Shown piece after piece: positions 18,846 to 29,072 of a DNA stretch of 64,000 nucleotides. The notes below the pieces were generated by a model. That model had not been told where the DNA came from, made no database searches, and worked only from the letters and a program-made list of their open reading frames with translations. A program made the position numbers and the translations under genes. The stretch's first letter is position 1; each line of letters begins with the position of its first letter. Origin of the DNA: Turneriella sp. (lineage in GTDB: Bacteria > Spirochaetota > Leptospiria > Turneriellales > Turneriellaceae); the NCBI GenBank assembly GCA_965279515.1, contig CBDIID010000003.1, positions 4,320,001 to 4,384,000 on the forward strand. Reading direction: 5' to 3'.

Positions 18846-20012
18846 CTAACCCGACGCCGTTTCCTCTTTACCATCGGCATGCCGCGCAAAGCGGCCACGG
18901 GCCCGGTCATGCACAGGCTCAGATGTCTTCCACGGCCAGCCGCCGAACTGGGTGCGGCGGTAATCCGCGAAAGCCTGCTCGATTTCACCGTGCGTATTCA
19001 TGACGAAGGGGCCGTATTGGACCACGGGCTCGGCAATGGGTTTACCTTCAAGCAGCAGCAGTTGAGCTGTTTTGTTGCCGTTTTTCAGCGGAACATCGAC
19101 CGTCGAATCGAGGCGCATACCGTTTGAGGCGCCGATGGCGGTGCCGGCCGCGCTAATCTGTTCGCCATTATAGAAATAAAGAAAACGATTTGTTTTTGCC
19201 GAAGCAGGGGGGAGTGTCCATTCAGCCAGCGCTTCGAGCTCAATATGCCAGATCGCCACGGCGTTATCGGCGTCAGCCGCCCATGAATCCGGCGGCGGCG
19301 CGGCGGCGCGCGTGTCGCCGTAATTTCCCGCGATGATTTCGAGGCGCGCCATGCGGCCTGCGGCGTCTTTAACCGAGATTTTCGGGACGTCGTTATTCCA
19401 GAGCATCTTAAAATGCGGATTTACGAATTTGTTTTTCTTCGGTAGATTCAGCCAGATCTGGAAGAGTTCGAGGGTGTTTTCCTTTTCGCCATCGATCAGC
19501 GGAAACATCTCGGCATGTTGCACGCCGGCGCCGGCCGTCATCCACTGTGTGTCGCCCGCGCCATAACGCCCCGCGGCGCCCATCGAGTCGGAGTGATCGA
19601 TAAAGCCCTTGCGCACGACGGTGACGGTTTCAAAACCGCGGTGCGGATGGTTGGGAAAACCCGGGACCTTTTCGCCGTGGTACATCCGCCAGGCATTGCC
19701 CGACTTTGGGTCGGTGTCTTTGAGCGTGAAATCTTCACCGATTTGCCGGCCGGCCAGCGAAGCCGCAGGGCCCATAACTTCGTTGCCTTTGGGATAAAAA
19801 TCGTGGTGGTGAACGCAGAAGAGAAAGGGATCGGCGGTCTCCCATTGAAAGCCCAGGGGGCGGACATCTAGAATCGGCGACGTTGACATGGTTTTATTTC
19901 TCCCGAAACCGGATTTAAAGAGGTAGGAAATCCCCGTTGCGGCCCCAACGACCGCCGCGATGGCGCCCAAGCCCTTCGTCAGGAAGCTTTTCCTTGTGAT
20001 GTGTAAATCCAT
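18846..20012 (-). CDS. Pirin family protein
   Basis: DPFLFCVHH, GFPNHPHRGFETVT, QWMTAGAGVQHAEM, FQIWLNLP, YGPFVMN. Start is 20012 or 19889 (GGAG RBS). Confidence 0.92.
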   Translation of the reverse strand: MDLHITRKSFLTKGLGAIAAVVGAATGISYLFKSGFGRNKTMSTSPILDVRPLGFQWETADPFLFCVHHHDFYPKGNEVMGPAASLAGRQIGEDFTLKDTDPKSGNAWRMYHGEKVPGFPNHPHRGFETVTVVRKGFIDHSDSMGAAGRYGAGDTQWMTAGAGVQHAEMFPLIDGEKENTLELFQIWLNLPKKNKFVNPHFKMLWNNDVPKISVKDAAGRMARLEIIAGNYGDTRAAAPPPDSWAADADNAVAIWHIELEALAEWTLPPASAKTNRFLYFYNGEQISAAGTAIGASNGMRLDSTVDVPLKNGNKTAQLLLLEGKPIAEPVVQYGPFVMNTHGEIEQAFADYRRTQFGGWPWKTSEPVHDRARGRFARHADGKEETASG

Positions 20013-20145
20013 CCGGCGTTGTGAAAGTACATAGAGGTGGGTAAAAAGCCAAAGAAAAAGCGATGCATGAAACCTGCGGTAAACTATCCATGATGCAATA
20101 GTTTTATTTTGTTTTACGGCCATAGTGCGTTGTGCAAAATAGCGC

Positions 20146-21039
20146 ATGGCAGACAGATTCGGCGCATTAAAGCATATCGAGACCCTCGACGCGGAGAAGA
20201 ACGCGCACGAGATCGTGGCGGTCTCGAGCGCCTACGATTTCGCCCAGGATACCGAAATTTCCCTGGGGCTTGCGTTTTTCCGTACTTTTGCCATCCCCTC
20301 GATTGCGAAGATTCTCGATGAGACAAAGCAGTTTGAGAAGTTCGGGCAGAAGCGCTACGATGACACAACTTTATTGCTCGCCGAATTTCTCGAGAACGGT
20401 CTCGACAGCGAACGCGGCAAAGAGGCGATCCGCCGCCTGAACCAAATCCATAACGAATACGATATTCCGAACGAAGATTTTATCTATACACTGACCACTT
20501 TCATTTTCGAACCTATTCGCTGGAATGCCCGTTTTGGCTGGCGCCCGCTCAGCGAAAAAGAAAAGCTGGCAGCGTTCTATTTCTGGCTGCGTGTCGGCAA
20601 GATGATGGGGATTAAAAAATTACCCCAAACTTATGCAGCGATGGAAAGTTTCAACGTGACTTTCGAGAGAGAGCATTTCGGTTATACGCCTGAATCGGAA
20701 CGCGTGAGCCGTGCGACCTTGAATGTGCTGGCGAATTTTCTGCCTAAGTTGCCGCTCTTGAAAGAACTCACTTTCGAAACCATCTATGCCCTGCTCGATG
20801 AGCCGCTGCGCCGTGCTGTGGGCTTTCCTGACCCGAACCCGGCTGTAGTGGTTGCTACAGAGGCTTTGTTCAAGGCACGCGCGCTCTATTTGCGCCATCT
20901 GGGCGCCTCCGCCACGGAACCCGTGTATGTCACTAAACGAAAATTCCCGTCCTATCCTGACGGTTATGCCATCTCTGAGCTGGGTCCGAAGCTGCCTGCT
21001 GGCCGCAAAGAATCTCAACGCGGAAAACAATCCGCCTGA
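20146..21039 (+). CDS. MpaB/DUF2236-type oxygenase family protein
   Basis: FFRTFAIPSIAKIL, KRYDDT, RLNQIH, DFIYTL, VGKMMGI. Confidence 0.82.
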   Translation: MADRFGALKHIETLDAEKNAHEIVAVSSAYDFAQDTEISLGLAFFRTFAIPSIAKILDETKQFEKFGQKRYDDTTLLLAEFLENGLDSERGKEAIRRLNQIHNEYDIPNEDFIYTLTTFIFEPIRWNARFGWRPLSEKEKLAAFYFWLRVGKMMGIKKLPQTYAAMESFNVTFEREHFGYTPESERVSRATLNVLANFLPKLPLLKELTFETIYALLDEPLRRAVGFPDPNPAVVVATEALFKARALYLRHLGASATEPVYVTKRKFPSYPDGYAISELGPKLPAGRKESQRGKQSA

Positions 21040-21122
21040 TTTTTTGCGTTGGCTGTGAGCGAAAAATCGCGTTCAAGCTCAGAAAAAGGTTGCCTTCCCG
21101 ATGGGCCATCCGGGTCTGAGAG

Positions 21123-24062
21123 ATGGCCGAGACTGATCGGATTACCAATCTCGAGCGAAAGCTCGAACAGGCGCAGAAGCAGATCTCTGATATTCAGGCA
21201 GAGCTTGCCGAAATTAAGCGCGATCCGGCCGCCACAAAGTCTGCCGTAAAACTCACCCAGGCACCCAAACCCAAACCCCCGGCGGCGCCGAAAGTAAGAT
21301 CGCGCGAGTGGGAGTTCTTTTTTGGCGGGAATATTCTCGGCAAAGCCGGCGTACTGTCGATGGTCATCGCGCTGTCATGGTTTATCAAATATGCATTCGA
21401 TAACAACTGGGTGAATGAATCGGGAAAGATCTTTTTTGGAAGCCTGATCTCTGCCACGCTGGGCTTTTTTGGCCTGTGGACAGCGAAGAAAAAATTCCAG
21501 GCGCTGCCGCTGGCTCTGTTCGGCGGCTCCATCGCCGGTTTTCTGATGACGATTTTTGCGGCGTATTATTTATACGATTTGTTCGGGCGCACGGAAGCTT
21601 TCCTTTATCTGGCCGGCGTGCTGCTGTCGGGGTTTTTACTTTCTTACCGGACGGCGTCGCAGTCGTTGTTCGTGTTTTCTTTGCTCGGCGCCTTTGGGCT
21701 ACCGGTCATGTTTTCGCAGGGTGAAAATTCGTATCGGTTCCTGTTCTCTTACCTGCTACTCGTTAACCTCGGCTACCATGCTATTAACCGTAAATTCCGC
21801 TGGCGCATCTCGTCTGCGGTTATGGCTGTGCTCAATATTACGGTTTGGATGGGATGGTATGCGGCGAACGGCCAACATAGTTCTTTCCTCATCCCATTTT
21901 CTTACCTCAGCGTCGTCAGCATCGCCTATTTATTTGCAGAGAACCCGTTCCGAAATCCCAGGAGTGGTGATTTTGCTCTGCTGACAGCTCTGCTCTTTAT
22001 GGTTTTTTTCTTTTTTTACGGGGGCACCGGTTACCAGATCCTCATGTTTCACCACGCGGATTATGCGCCGCACTTTCTTGCCTTCGCATCGCTTTTACCG
22101 GTTTGGCAATTCAGGAATATTGCCAAACAACCGGAAGCGACTCCCGGTATCCTGTTATTTATCTGTTCAAAAGCCGGCGCAACGCTGGCGCTTCTGGCTT
22201 TTTTCAAAGGCAATGACCTGACGCTTGCTCTTCTCGCCGCCATCGCCTTCTACCTGCACCTTTTTGCCGCGCGCAGGTTTACTCTGTCTTATATCACTTC
22301 GCTTCCTCTGGTTCTGGTTTTCGTGGCCCGCCTGTTTACTTTGAATTTTGATCGCGATGCCTGGCCTTTTCTGAATTACCGCTTTATGCTGTTTGCATTA
22401 TCAGCGGCACTTTTTGCTTATACGCACCTGCGGGCCCGTGATTTCGGCAAACAATGGTATTGGAAGATTCCCGGCGGTTTTGCCTTAACGATGCTGATCA
22501 TCGGCACGTGTGTTCAGGTCGATCTCGTCGTTTCGAATGCGCACTATAGAAATCTGGGTTATTCCTATGTTCTCGCCTTTTATGCGGCGGTATTTCTGGG
22601 CGCCGGTTTTTGGAAACAAGGCCGCTTTCTGCGGCAGAGCGGATTTATCCTCGCGCTGCTCCTGGTGGCGAAATTATACCTCTACGATATCTGGACGCTG
22701 AGCCTGCTTCCCCGGATCATCGCGGGGCTTTCCTTGGGCGCAGGGCTCGTCGTTCTCAGTTTAATGTATCAGAAATTCAGGGAGCAACTTATGAAATCAT
22801 TCGGTAAAACGCCGGTAGCGCTATTCTTAATCGGTGCGGTAGCCTTGGGCGGTGGGCTGAGAGCCGAGAGCATCAAGGGTTATCATTTTGTAAAAAAAAT
22901 TCAACCTGCGACCGGTGCCGCGGCAAAATCGAACCGCCTTTTTGGATGGCTGCGCATCGACGATGAAATTTACCGCAACTCGGGCGACTACGATATACGC
23001 CTGCGTTATAAGAACCGCTCGCTGCCATACCTGGTTCGGGGTGAACTTACCGCCCAAAAATCAGAGCTGACCAAACAGCCCACAGTTACCTATTCTGATG
23101 CGACGGAAAATGTGCAGACCTATGTATTGCGTATGCCTCAGCTTCCCGAGGGTTATGTTTACGATGTTCTTACGCTGCAGCGCTACGATACGTTTGAATC
23201 GAATGTCATCATCTCTGCCACGGATTTTGACGGCTCGGTTTCTTCTGCCGGCGAGCAACGGCTTTTCCGTCACCGCGATGAGGAAAATCTGAAAATCCGT
23301 CTCGCCGCGCGTGGTGTCAAAAGCCTGCGTTTGGAAATCTCGCCGCCGGGGCAATTCGAGGTGGTGTCCGCCACGGCACGTGCGGCAACAAAAGATACGG
23401 AAATCCCCGTGGCTGTAGACCTGGCGTCGCTGAAAATGGAACTCAATAAAGATATCCGTTATTCGGTGGTCTATTTTAATAACCCCGATGGCCGCAAGCT
23501 CAGCCGCGTGCGCATCAAATTTAAGGAATCCCGTTACCGCCGCGAAGTGAAAGTGTATGAGCAGACTGCAGAATCGCGCCGTTATGCTTTGACCGATAGC
23601 CGTGTGGTGACGCGGGGCAAAAGCGAAAAAGAAGTTTCGCCCTGGGTTGAGTTCACTTTCAACGGCAACAGGGCCCGCAAATTAAAGCTCGAGATCGCCT
23701 ACGCGGATGATGCACCGTTAACGGTCGATGGTTTTGAAACCTGGGCGTTGTCAGAGAATATTCTTTTTGAAATACCTGCGGAGCTCGAAGCGAATGAAGA
23801 CATTCTGCTCTATTACGGCAACCGCTATGCCCGGCAGCCATCGTATGATCTTGCGAGCCGCATCGACGCCAACTCGCCCTTGACCCAGTTCAGCGCCGCC
23901 AAAGGAGAGGCGAATCCTGATTTCGGTTATGCCCTGGTCGAGCCGCCGCTGTCGACCTGGGTGATCCGCATTACTTTTGGAATCTTATTGGCTGCCTTGG
24001 TTCTCGCCGCGTGGAAAATTCTTGGCAAGTACGCTGAAACCAACAAGCCGGCCGAGAGTTAA
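21123..24062 (+). CDS. DUF2339-like polytopic membrane protein fused to a DUF3999-like soluble domain
   Basis: N-terminal coiled coil, WEFFFGGNILGKAG, KYAFDNNWV, KLYLYDIW..RII, then a soluble domain ending LLYYGN...PSYDL and a C-terminal TM. Confidence 0.8.
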   Translation: MAETDRITNLERKLEQAQKQISDIQAELAEIKRDPAATKSAVKLTQAPKPKPPAAPKVRSREWEFFFGGNILGKAGVLSMVIALSWFIKYAFDNNWVNESGKIFFGSLISATLGFFGLWTAKKKFQALPLALFGGSIAGFLMTIFAAYYLYDLFGRTEAFLYLAGVLLSGFLLSYRTASQSLFVFSLLGAFGLPVMFSQGENSYRFLFSYLLLVNLGYHAINRKFRWRISSAVMAVLNITVWMGWYAANGQHSSFLIPFSYLSVVSIAYLFAENPFRNPRSGDFALLTALLFMVFFFFYGGTGYQILMFHHADYAPHFLAFASLLPVWQFRNIAKQPEATPGILLFICSKAGATLALLAFFKGNDLTLALLAAIAFYLHLFAARRFTLSYITSLPLVLVFVARLFTLNFDRDAWPFLNYRFMLFALSAALFAYTHLRARDFGKQWYWKIPGGFALTMLIIGTCVQVDLVVSNAHYRNLGYSYVLAFYAAVFLGAGFWKQGRFLRQSGFILALLLVAKLYLYDIWTLSLLPRIIAGLSLGAGLVVLSLMYQKFREQLMKSFGKTPVALFLIGAVALGGGLRAESIKGYHFVKKIQPATGAAAKSNRLFGWLRIDDEIYRNSGDYDIRLRYKNRSLPYLVRGELTAQKSELTKQPTVTYSDATENVQTYVLRMPQLPEGYVYDVLTLQRYDTFESNVIISATDFDGSVSSAGEQRLFRHRDEENLKIRLAARGVKSLRLEISPPGQFEVVSATARAATKDTEIPVAVDLASLKMELNKDIRYSVVYFNNPDGRKLSRVRIKFKESRYRREVKVYEQTAESRRYALTDSRVVTRGKSEKEVSPWVEFTFNGNRARKLKLEIAYADDAPLTVDGFETWALSENILFEIPAELEANEDILLYYGNRYARQPSYDLASRIDANSPLTQFSAAKGEANPDFGYALVEPPLSTWVIRITFGILLAALVLAAWKILGKYAETNKPAES

Positions 24063-24346
24063 GGCGCCGGCGGCGGCCTGAAACCAAACCGTTTCAGCGC
24101 CTTCTCTTTGGCCTTCGCGGCTTCGACGGCGCGGTAGCGCGGCGGCGCCTGCGTGACCAGCGCCGCTAGCAGGCGTTCGGCGATAGCGGTGGTTTCCTGC
24201 ACAGCAGCATCAAACGCCGGTTCATTGGCTTTTGAAGGTTTCGTGAAGCCGCTGAGCTTGCGCACAAACTGAATGCTCGCCGCCTCGATTTCTTCGTGGG
24301 TCGCGGGTGGATCAAAATTAAACAGAGTCTTGATGTTCCTGCACAT
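24059..24346 (-). CDS. DUF2277 family protein
   Basis: MCRNIKTLFNFDPPAT.EEI.AAS.QFVRKLSGF.KPS..N. Confidence 0.88.
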   Translation of the reverse strand: MCRNIKTLFNFDPPATHEEIEAASIQFVRKLSGFTKPSKANEPAFDAAVQETTAIAERLLAALVTQAPPRYRAVEAAKAKEKALKRFGFRPPPAP

Positions 24347-24389
24347 GGCTCAGCGCTGACCGCGCTCATGCCCGGTCAATAAACTTGTT

Positions 24390-25643
24390 TCAGCGATGCT
24401 CAGCGCCCCGGGCGCGGCGGAACTCTTCAGCCATACGAATCCGCGAGATGGGATCGGGATGGCTCGCGCGCCAAAGGTAGGGCAGAACGCGTGGATTCGG
24501 ATCGGAGAGATTGTCCTGCGTGAGTTTCGTTTCCATACGGATGGCCGCGTCAGGATCCAGCGTTACATTGAGACCGAATAGGTCGGCATCGGCCTCCGCG
24601 CGCCGTGAGACGCTGGCGACTGCCGGTTCAATAGCGAAATTGGCCAGGCTGAAAACCATGAGCACCAGGGGCAGCAATACCCCGACATGGCCTTCTTGAA
24701 CCGGGTCGGGGAATATCTTTGTCAGCCACCGAATCAACATTCCCGCAGCAGGAATCGCCAGCCAGATCATGGCCACACTGAAGAACAGGTTTTTCCAGAT
24801 GTGGTTGAAATGTGAGTGACCCATCTCGTGGCCGACGATCGCGAGAATCTCGTCTTCAGAAAATTTTTTCATGAGGTTATCGAACAGGACAACCCGGTGT
24901 GTGCCCCAGAGGCCTGAAACGTAGGCATTGGTGCGGTTTGTTTTTGCCGACGCTTTCATGACGAGAATGTTTTCGAGCCGCATATTCTGCGACAGGGCCA
25001 GCCGTTCGATACGGGTGCGCAGCGCGCCTGCGGGGAGATCCTTGTAATCGAAGAACATCGGCTCGATAAGCAGTGGAATGATAAAAGTTGCGAATATCGT
25101 AAAGATCGTGAAGCTGATCCCGGTCAACCAAACCCAGCTGCGCCGGAATTTGCCGTAAAGCCACACGAACAATGCTGTCAGCGCCACTGCAATAACCAGC
25201 CCGAGCAGTAGCCCCTTCGTGTAATCGGCAACAAACCCGGCGGCAGTCTGGTTTGAAAAACCGAATTCTTTTTCGAGGCGGTGGCCGAAAAAAAAGTATA
25301 TCGGTAAACGCAGCAGGTTTTCAAAGAGTACCATCGCCGCTATGATCGCCGCACCCTGAGTGACAGCTGACCAACGCGTACGCGCCAGCCGGCGGTACAG
25401 CCAGAGCAACGGACCACCGAAGATAAAAAGCAGGTCGATCAGAATCTGGCCAGGGACGGTAAATCTCTGCGCCTGCAGCCGGCGCTCTTTGTAAACCTCG
25501 GCCTTTTCAATATACTCGGCGGAAAAGTATTCTTTGACGGCGCTTTCGGAATAAAGCCTGGGCGAAAATTGCGAGCAAAGCGAAAACGCCCCGCGCAGAA
25601 GGGCAAGTGTTATGAGCAGCCAGGCAAGTTTTTTCCAGGTCAT
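24390..25643 (-). CDS. M48 (Ste24-like) membrane metallopeptidase
   Basis: NAYVSG, VVLFDNL, HEMGH, E.DAD, SHP...RI, multiple TM helices. Confidence 0.92.
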   Translation of the reverse strand: MTWKKLAWLLITLALLRGAFSLCSQFSPRLYSESAVKEYFSAEYIEKAEVYKERRLQAQRFTVPGQILIDLLFIFGGPLLWLYRRLARTRWSAVTQGAAIIAAMVLFENLLRLPIYFFFGHRLEKEFGFSNQTAAGFVADYTKGLLLGLVIAVALTALFVWLYGKFRRSWVWLTGISFTIFTIFATFIIPLLIEPMFFDYKDLPAGALRTRIERLALSQNMRLENILVMKASAKTNRTNAYVSGLWGTHRVVLFDNLMKKFSEDEILAIVGHEMGHSHFNHIWKNLFFSVAMIWLAIPAAGMLIRWLTKIFPDPVQEGHVGVLLPLVLMVFSLANFAIEPAVASVSRRAEADADLFGLNVTLDPDAAIRMETKLTQDNLSDPNPRVLPYLWRASHPDPISRIRMAEEFRRARGAEHR

Positions 25644-25692
25644 TTGATAAAACCTTACTTTACGCTATGGAACAGAGGTATCTCTTGTTTTC

Positions 25693-27414
25693 ATGGTCGC
25701 CGCTTTTTCCCTGAAAAGATATTTATTCGTCTGTGTCATCTTGTTTTCCTGTAAGGGCGAAATTTCGCACAGCTTTGCCGGCGCATGGCAATCTTTACCC
25801 GCCGAGCTGCAGGGTGAAGTGCAGGGCATGCCTGGCCACTGGTCGGTCGAGGGTAAGGGCGGCGCCGTCTCCGCGGCAAATGCGCTGGCGACCGAAGCGG
25901 GCATCCGGATTTTAACGCGCGGCGGTAACGCGATTGAAGCGCTCTTGGCCGTGCAGTGGTCCTTGGCGGTCGCTGAACCACAGTCTTCGGGCCTGGGCGG
26001 CGGCGGATTTCTTCTTTATTACGATGCAAAAACCAAAAAGGTCTATGCCTTCGACGGCCGCGAAGAGCTGCCAGAAAATGCGGATGAAAACCTTTTCCTG
26101 GACAGCGCGGGCAAACCCCTGCCTTTTCCCGAACGCATTCAAGGTGCGCGCGCCGTGGGTGTGCCCGGCACCGTGGCTCTGATGGAGTATGCCTTTAAGC
26201 GTTTCAATTCAGGCAAAATTCCATTCGCGGAGACGTTTAAGCGCGCCATCGAATTAGCGCGCCATGGCATCAGAGTTTCGCCGCGGCTGCACCAGGCGAT
26301 GAAGCTGAACCGTGAGCGGCTCATCAGGCAAAACGGCGGTTATAATCCCTACCTGCGTTTGCAAGAGGCGTATGCGATTGCAGAACCCTTTTACCAGCGC
26401 GATCTCGCCTCGACGCTTGAGCTGATTTCTGAGAAGGGAGCGGCGGCGTTTTATTCGGGTGTGATTGCCAAAGACATCTTATCGACTGTAACCAGCAACC
26501 GTGATTATCCTTCGGCGATGACTACGGCGGATCTGACGAATTACCGGGTAGCAGAGCGCAAAGTCGCCGAATTCGCCGCAGGGCAAAGCCGCGTCTTTTC
26601 CATGCCCGCGCCCGCGTCGGGGGCTTTTGTTCTCACTGCGATAAGGCCGATGCCACTTGCGGGTGATGCCGAGTTCCTTGCGGGATCGCTTGCGGTGCAG
26701 CGGAATGCGTTCGTGATGCGTGAAAGATTTCTCGAAGACCCGGATTTTGCCGCCGCTAAGACCGCGGCGGCCGCCGGTAAGGAAGCAGAGAACACCACAC
26801 ATGTTTCGATTGCCGACGCCGAGGGCAATATCGTGAGTTATACATCGTCGGTTGAAACGAGCATGGGCTCGGCACTGGTCGTTTCCGGCCGCGGCTTTCT
26901 GCTCAATAACCAGCTGAGCGATTTTGCCGCTGAAAAAGGTAAAGTGAATTCTGTGCAGAAGGGACGCCGCGTCCGCGCCACGGCGATTAATGCCGAAGCT
27001 AAAGAAACCCGGGGCGCAAAGCGGCCGAAAAGTTCGATGTCGCCGCTCATTATCCTGAAAAACGACGGTTCATTTGCCGCGTTGGGGTCACCCGGCGGCC
27101 CCACGATCGTCGGTACCAATGCGCTGGTCGCTTCGCGGTTTTTATCGGGCGATGAATTGCAGGATGCCATCAATAAGCCGCGCGCACTCATGATGCCGAA
27201 TGGCAAGGCGATTGTGGAATTGCCTGTCAAACGCAATGCCGCACTTGTCGCGGCACTCAGGGCGCGCGGTTTTGACATCGATCTGCGCCGCAATATTATT
27301 TCATTGGGCTCGGTGCAGGCAGTGGGTTACAATGCCCTAACGAAAAGATTTACCGCCGCTTCCGATTTGCGGCGCGAAGGTTTGGGGCTCGTCGTCACAG
27401 CCGTCGTGGAATAA
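25693..27414 (+). CDS. ggt: Gamma-glutamyltransferase (probable lipoprotein)
   Basis: GGNAIEA, EPQSSGLGGGGF, DGRE, VGVPG, autocleavage NTTHVS, LNNQLSDF, SSMSP, GSPGG. LFSC lipobox-like. Confidence 0.9.
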   Translation: MVAAFSLKRYLFVCVILFSCKGEISHSFAGAWQSLPAELQGEVQGMPGHWSVEGKGGAVSAANALATEAGIRILTRGGNAIEALLAVQWSLAVAEPQSSGLGGGGFLLYYDAKTKKVYAFDGREELPENADENLFLDSAGKPLPFPERIQGARAVGVPGTVALMEYAFKRFNSGKIPFAETFKRAIELARHGIRVSPRLHQAMKLNRERLIRQNGGYNPYLRLQEAYAIAEPFYQRDLASTLELISEKGAAAFYSGVIAKDILSTVTSNRDYPSAMTTADLTNYRVAERKVAEFAAGQSRVFSMPAPASGAFVLTAIRPMPLAGDAEFLAGSLAVQRNAFVMRERFLEDPDFAAAKTAAAAGKEAENTTHVSIADAEGNIVSYTSSVETSMGSALVVSGRGFLLNNQLSDFAAEKGKVNSVQKGRRVRATAINAEAKETRGAKRPKSSMSPLIILKNDGSFAALGSPGGPTIVGTNALVASRFLSGDELQDAINKPRALMMPNGKAIVELPVKRNAALVAALRARGFDIDLRRNIISLGSVQAVGYNALTKRFTAASDLRREGLGLVVTAVVE

Positions 27415-27422
27415 GGAAACAA

Positions 27423-29072
27423 ATGCAATTTGCAGATTTTATTGTCATCGGCGCCTATTTTATCCTGACCTTCGGCGTCGGCGTACTCGCGCTCAGGCGC
27501 AAAAATGAAACCACCGAAGATTATTTTCTCTCGGGCCGCAAGCTGCCCTGGCATCTTGCAGGCCTGTCGATGGTGGCGACGACCTTCGCGGCGGATACGC
27601 CGCTCGCCGTCACCGGCATTACGCTGGAACGCGGCATCGCCGGCAACTTTCTCTGGCTCTCGCTGATTCCCGCCGGGCTCATGACGGCCGTTTTTTATGC
27701 ACGGCTCTGGCGCCGCTCGGGCGTCATGACCGACGCCGAGTTCGCGACGCTGCGCTATTCCGGCACTTCGGCGGCATTCCTGCGGCGCTTCCGCGCGCTG
27801 TACCTCGCCGTACCAGTGAATCTCATCATCATGGGCTGGGTAACAACAGGCATGGCAAAGGTTATGGCCGTATTCTTTGATTATCCGACCTGGGCAACAA
27901 TGGGCATCCTCTACGCCTTTACCGTTGTCTACATCATTCTCTCAGGCCTCTGGGGCGTCGTCGTCACCGATGCGCTGCAATTTATTATCGCGATGGTAGG
28001 ATGTATTATTTTGTCGGTGGTGTCCGTTGAAAAGGTCGGCGGCCTCGCAGAGCTTTGGCAAAAAGCCGGCGCGATGTTGCCGCAAGGGTTCACCGAAGTC
28101 TATCCCTGGTATTTTACCGGGCCCGTCTATGTCGTCGCTGTCTGGCTCGGCGTGCAGTGGTGGGCTTCGTGGTATCCGGGGTTTGAGCCGGGCGGCGGCG
28201 GCTATGTCGTGCAGCGCCTTTTATCGACCAAGGATGAAAACCATGCGGTCGGGGCCTCTATCCTCTTTAATGTGCTGCACTTTGTGGTGCGTCCCTGGCC
28301 GTGGATCATCACTGCGCTCTGCGCCGCAGTGGCGCTGCCGGCCGGCGGCGACAAAGAGTTACTCTACCCGCAGGCGATTCTCGCGTGGTTGCCGCCGGGT
28401 CTTAAGGGCCTGCTCATCGCCTCGTTTCTCGCCGCATTCATGTCGACGATCGCCACACACCTGAACTGGGGGGCATCCTACATTGTGAACGATGTCGCCG
28501 GTGGTACAAAATTTCTGCCGGCAACGGACCACGGCAAGGTTCTGCTGTCACGTGTTGTCATTTTGCTGCTGGCGACTGCAGCGATCGGCGTCTCTTATCT
28601 GATGAGTTCTGTCAGCCAGGGGTGGGAACTCATCCTCATGCTCTCTGCCGGTACCGGGCCCGTGTATTTGCTCCGCTGGTACTGGAAAAAGGTGAATGCA
28701 TGGAGCGAGATTTCGGCGATGTGCGCCTCGTTCGTATTCTCGCTGGTGATACAGCGTTTTGCGCTGCCGCAGGAAATCCGCCTGTGTTTTGTGGCCGCTG
28801 CGACGTCTATTGTCTGGGTACTCGTGACGCTCATTGTGCGGTCTGATACTCCGGAAAAAATACGTGATTTTGAAATGCGCACAAGGCCGACGCCGTGGCG
28901 CTTGCCTGAAATTCTGATTTTTATTTCGGGCGTCGTGGTTATTTACGCGGCATTTTTCGCGCTGGGTGAACTCTTAAAAGCGCATTATACGAAGGCGGCG
29001 ATCAACTTTGCTGTCGTCTGCACCGGTGGTGCGGTTGCCTTTCTCGCTCTGAAACGCCGCAGTCTCAGTTGA
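27423..29072 (+). CDS. Sodium:solute symporter family protein
   Basis: DYFLSGRKLPW, SMVATTFAADTPL, GLWGVVVTD, VQRLLS, AAFMST, many TM helices. Confidence 0.9.
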   Translation: MQFADFIVIGAYFILTFGVGVLALRRKNETTEDYFLSGRKLPWHLAGLSMVATTFAADTPLAVTGITLERGIAGNFLWLSLIPAGLMTAVFYARLWRRSGVMTDAEFATLRYSGTSAAFLRRFRALYLAVPVNLIIMGWVTTGMAKVMAVFFDYPTWATMGILYAFTVVYIILSGLWGVVVTDALQFIIAMVGCIILSVVSVEKVGGLAELWQKAGAMLPQGFTEVYPWYFTGPVYVVAVWLGVQWWASWYPGFEPGGGGYVVQRLLSTKDENHAVGASILFNVLHFVVRPWPWIITALCAAVALPAGGDKELLYPQAILAWLPPGLKGLLIASFLAAFMSTIATHLNWGASYIVNDVAGGTKFLPATDHGKVLLSRVVILLLATAAIGVSYLMSSVSQGWELILMLSAGTGPVYLLRWYWKKVNAWSEISAMCASFVFSLVIQRFALPQEIRLCFVAAATSIVWVLVTLIVRSDTPEKIRDFEMRTRPTPWRLPEILIFISGVVVIYAAFFALGELLKAHYTKAAINFAVVCTGGAVAFLALKRRSLS

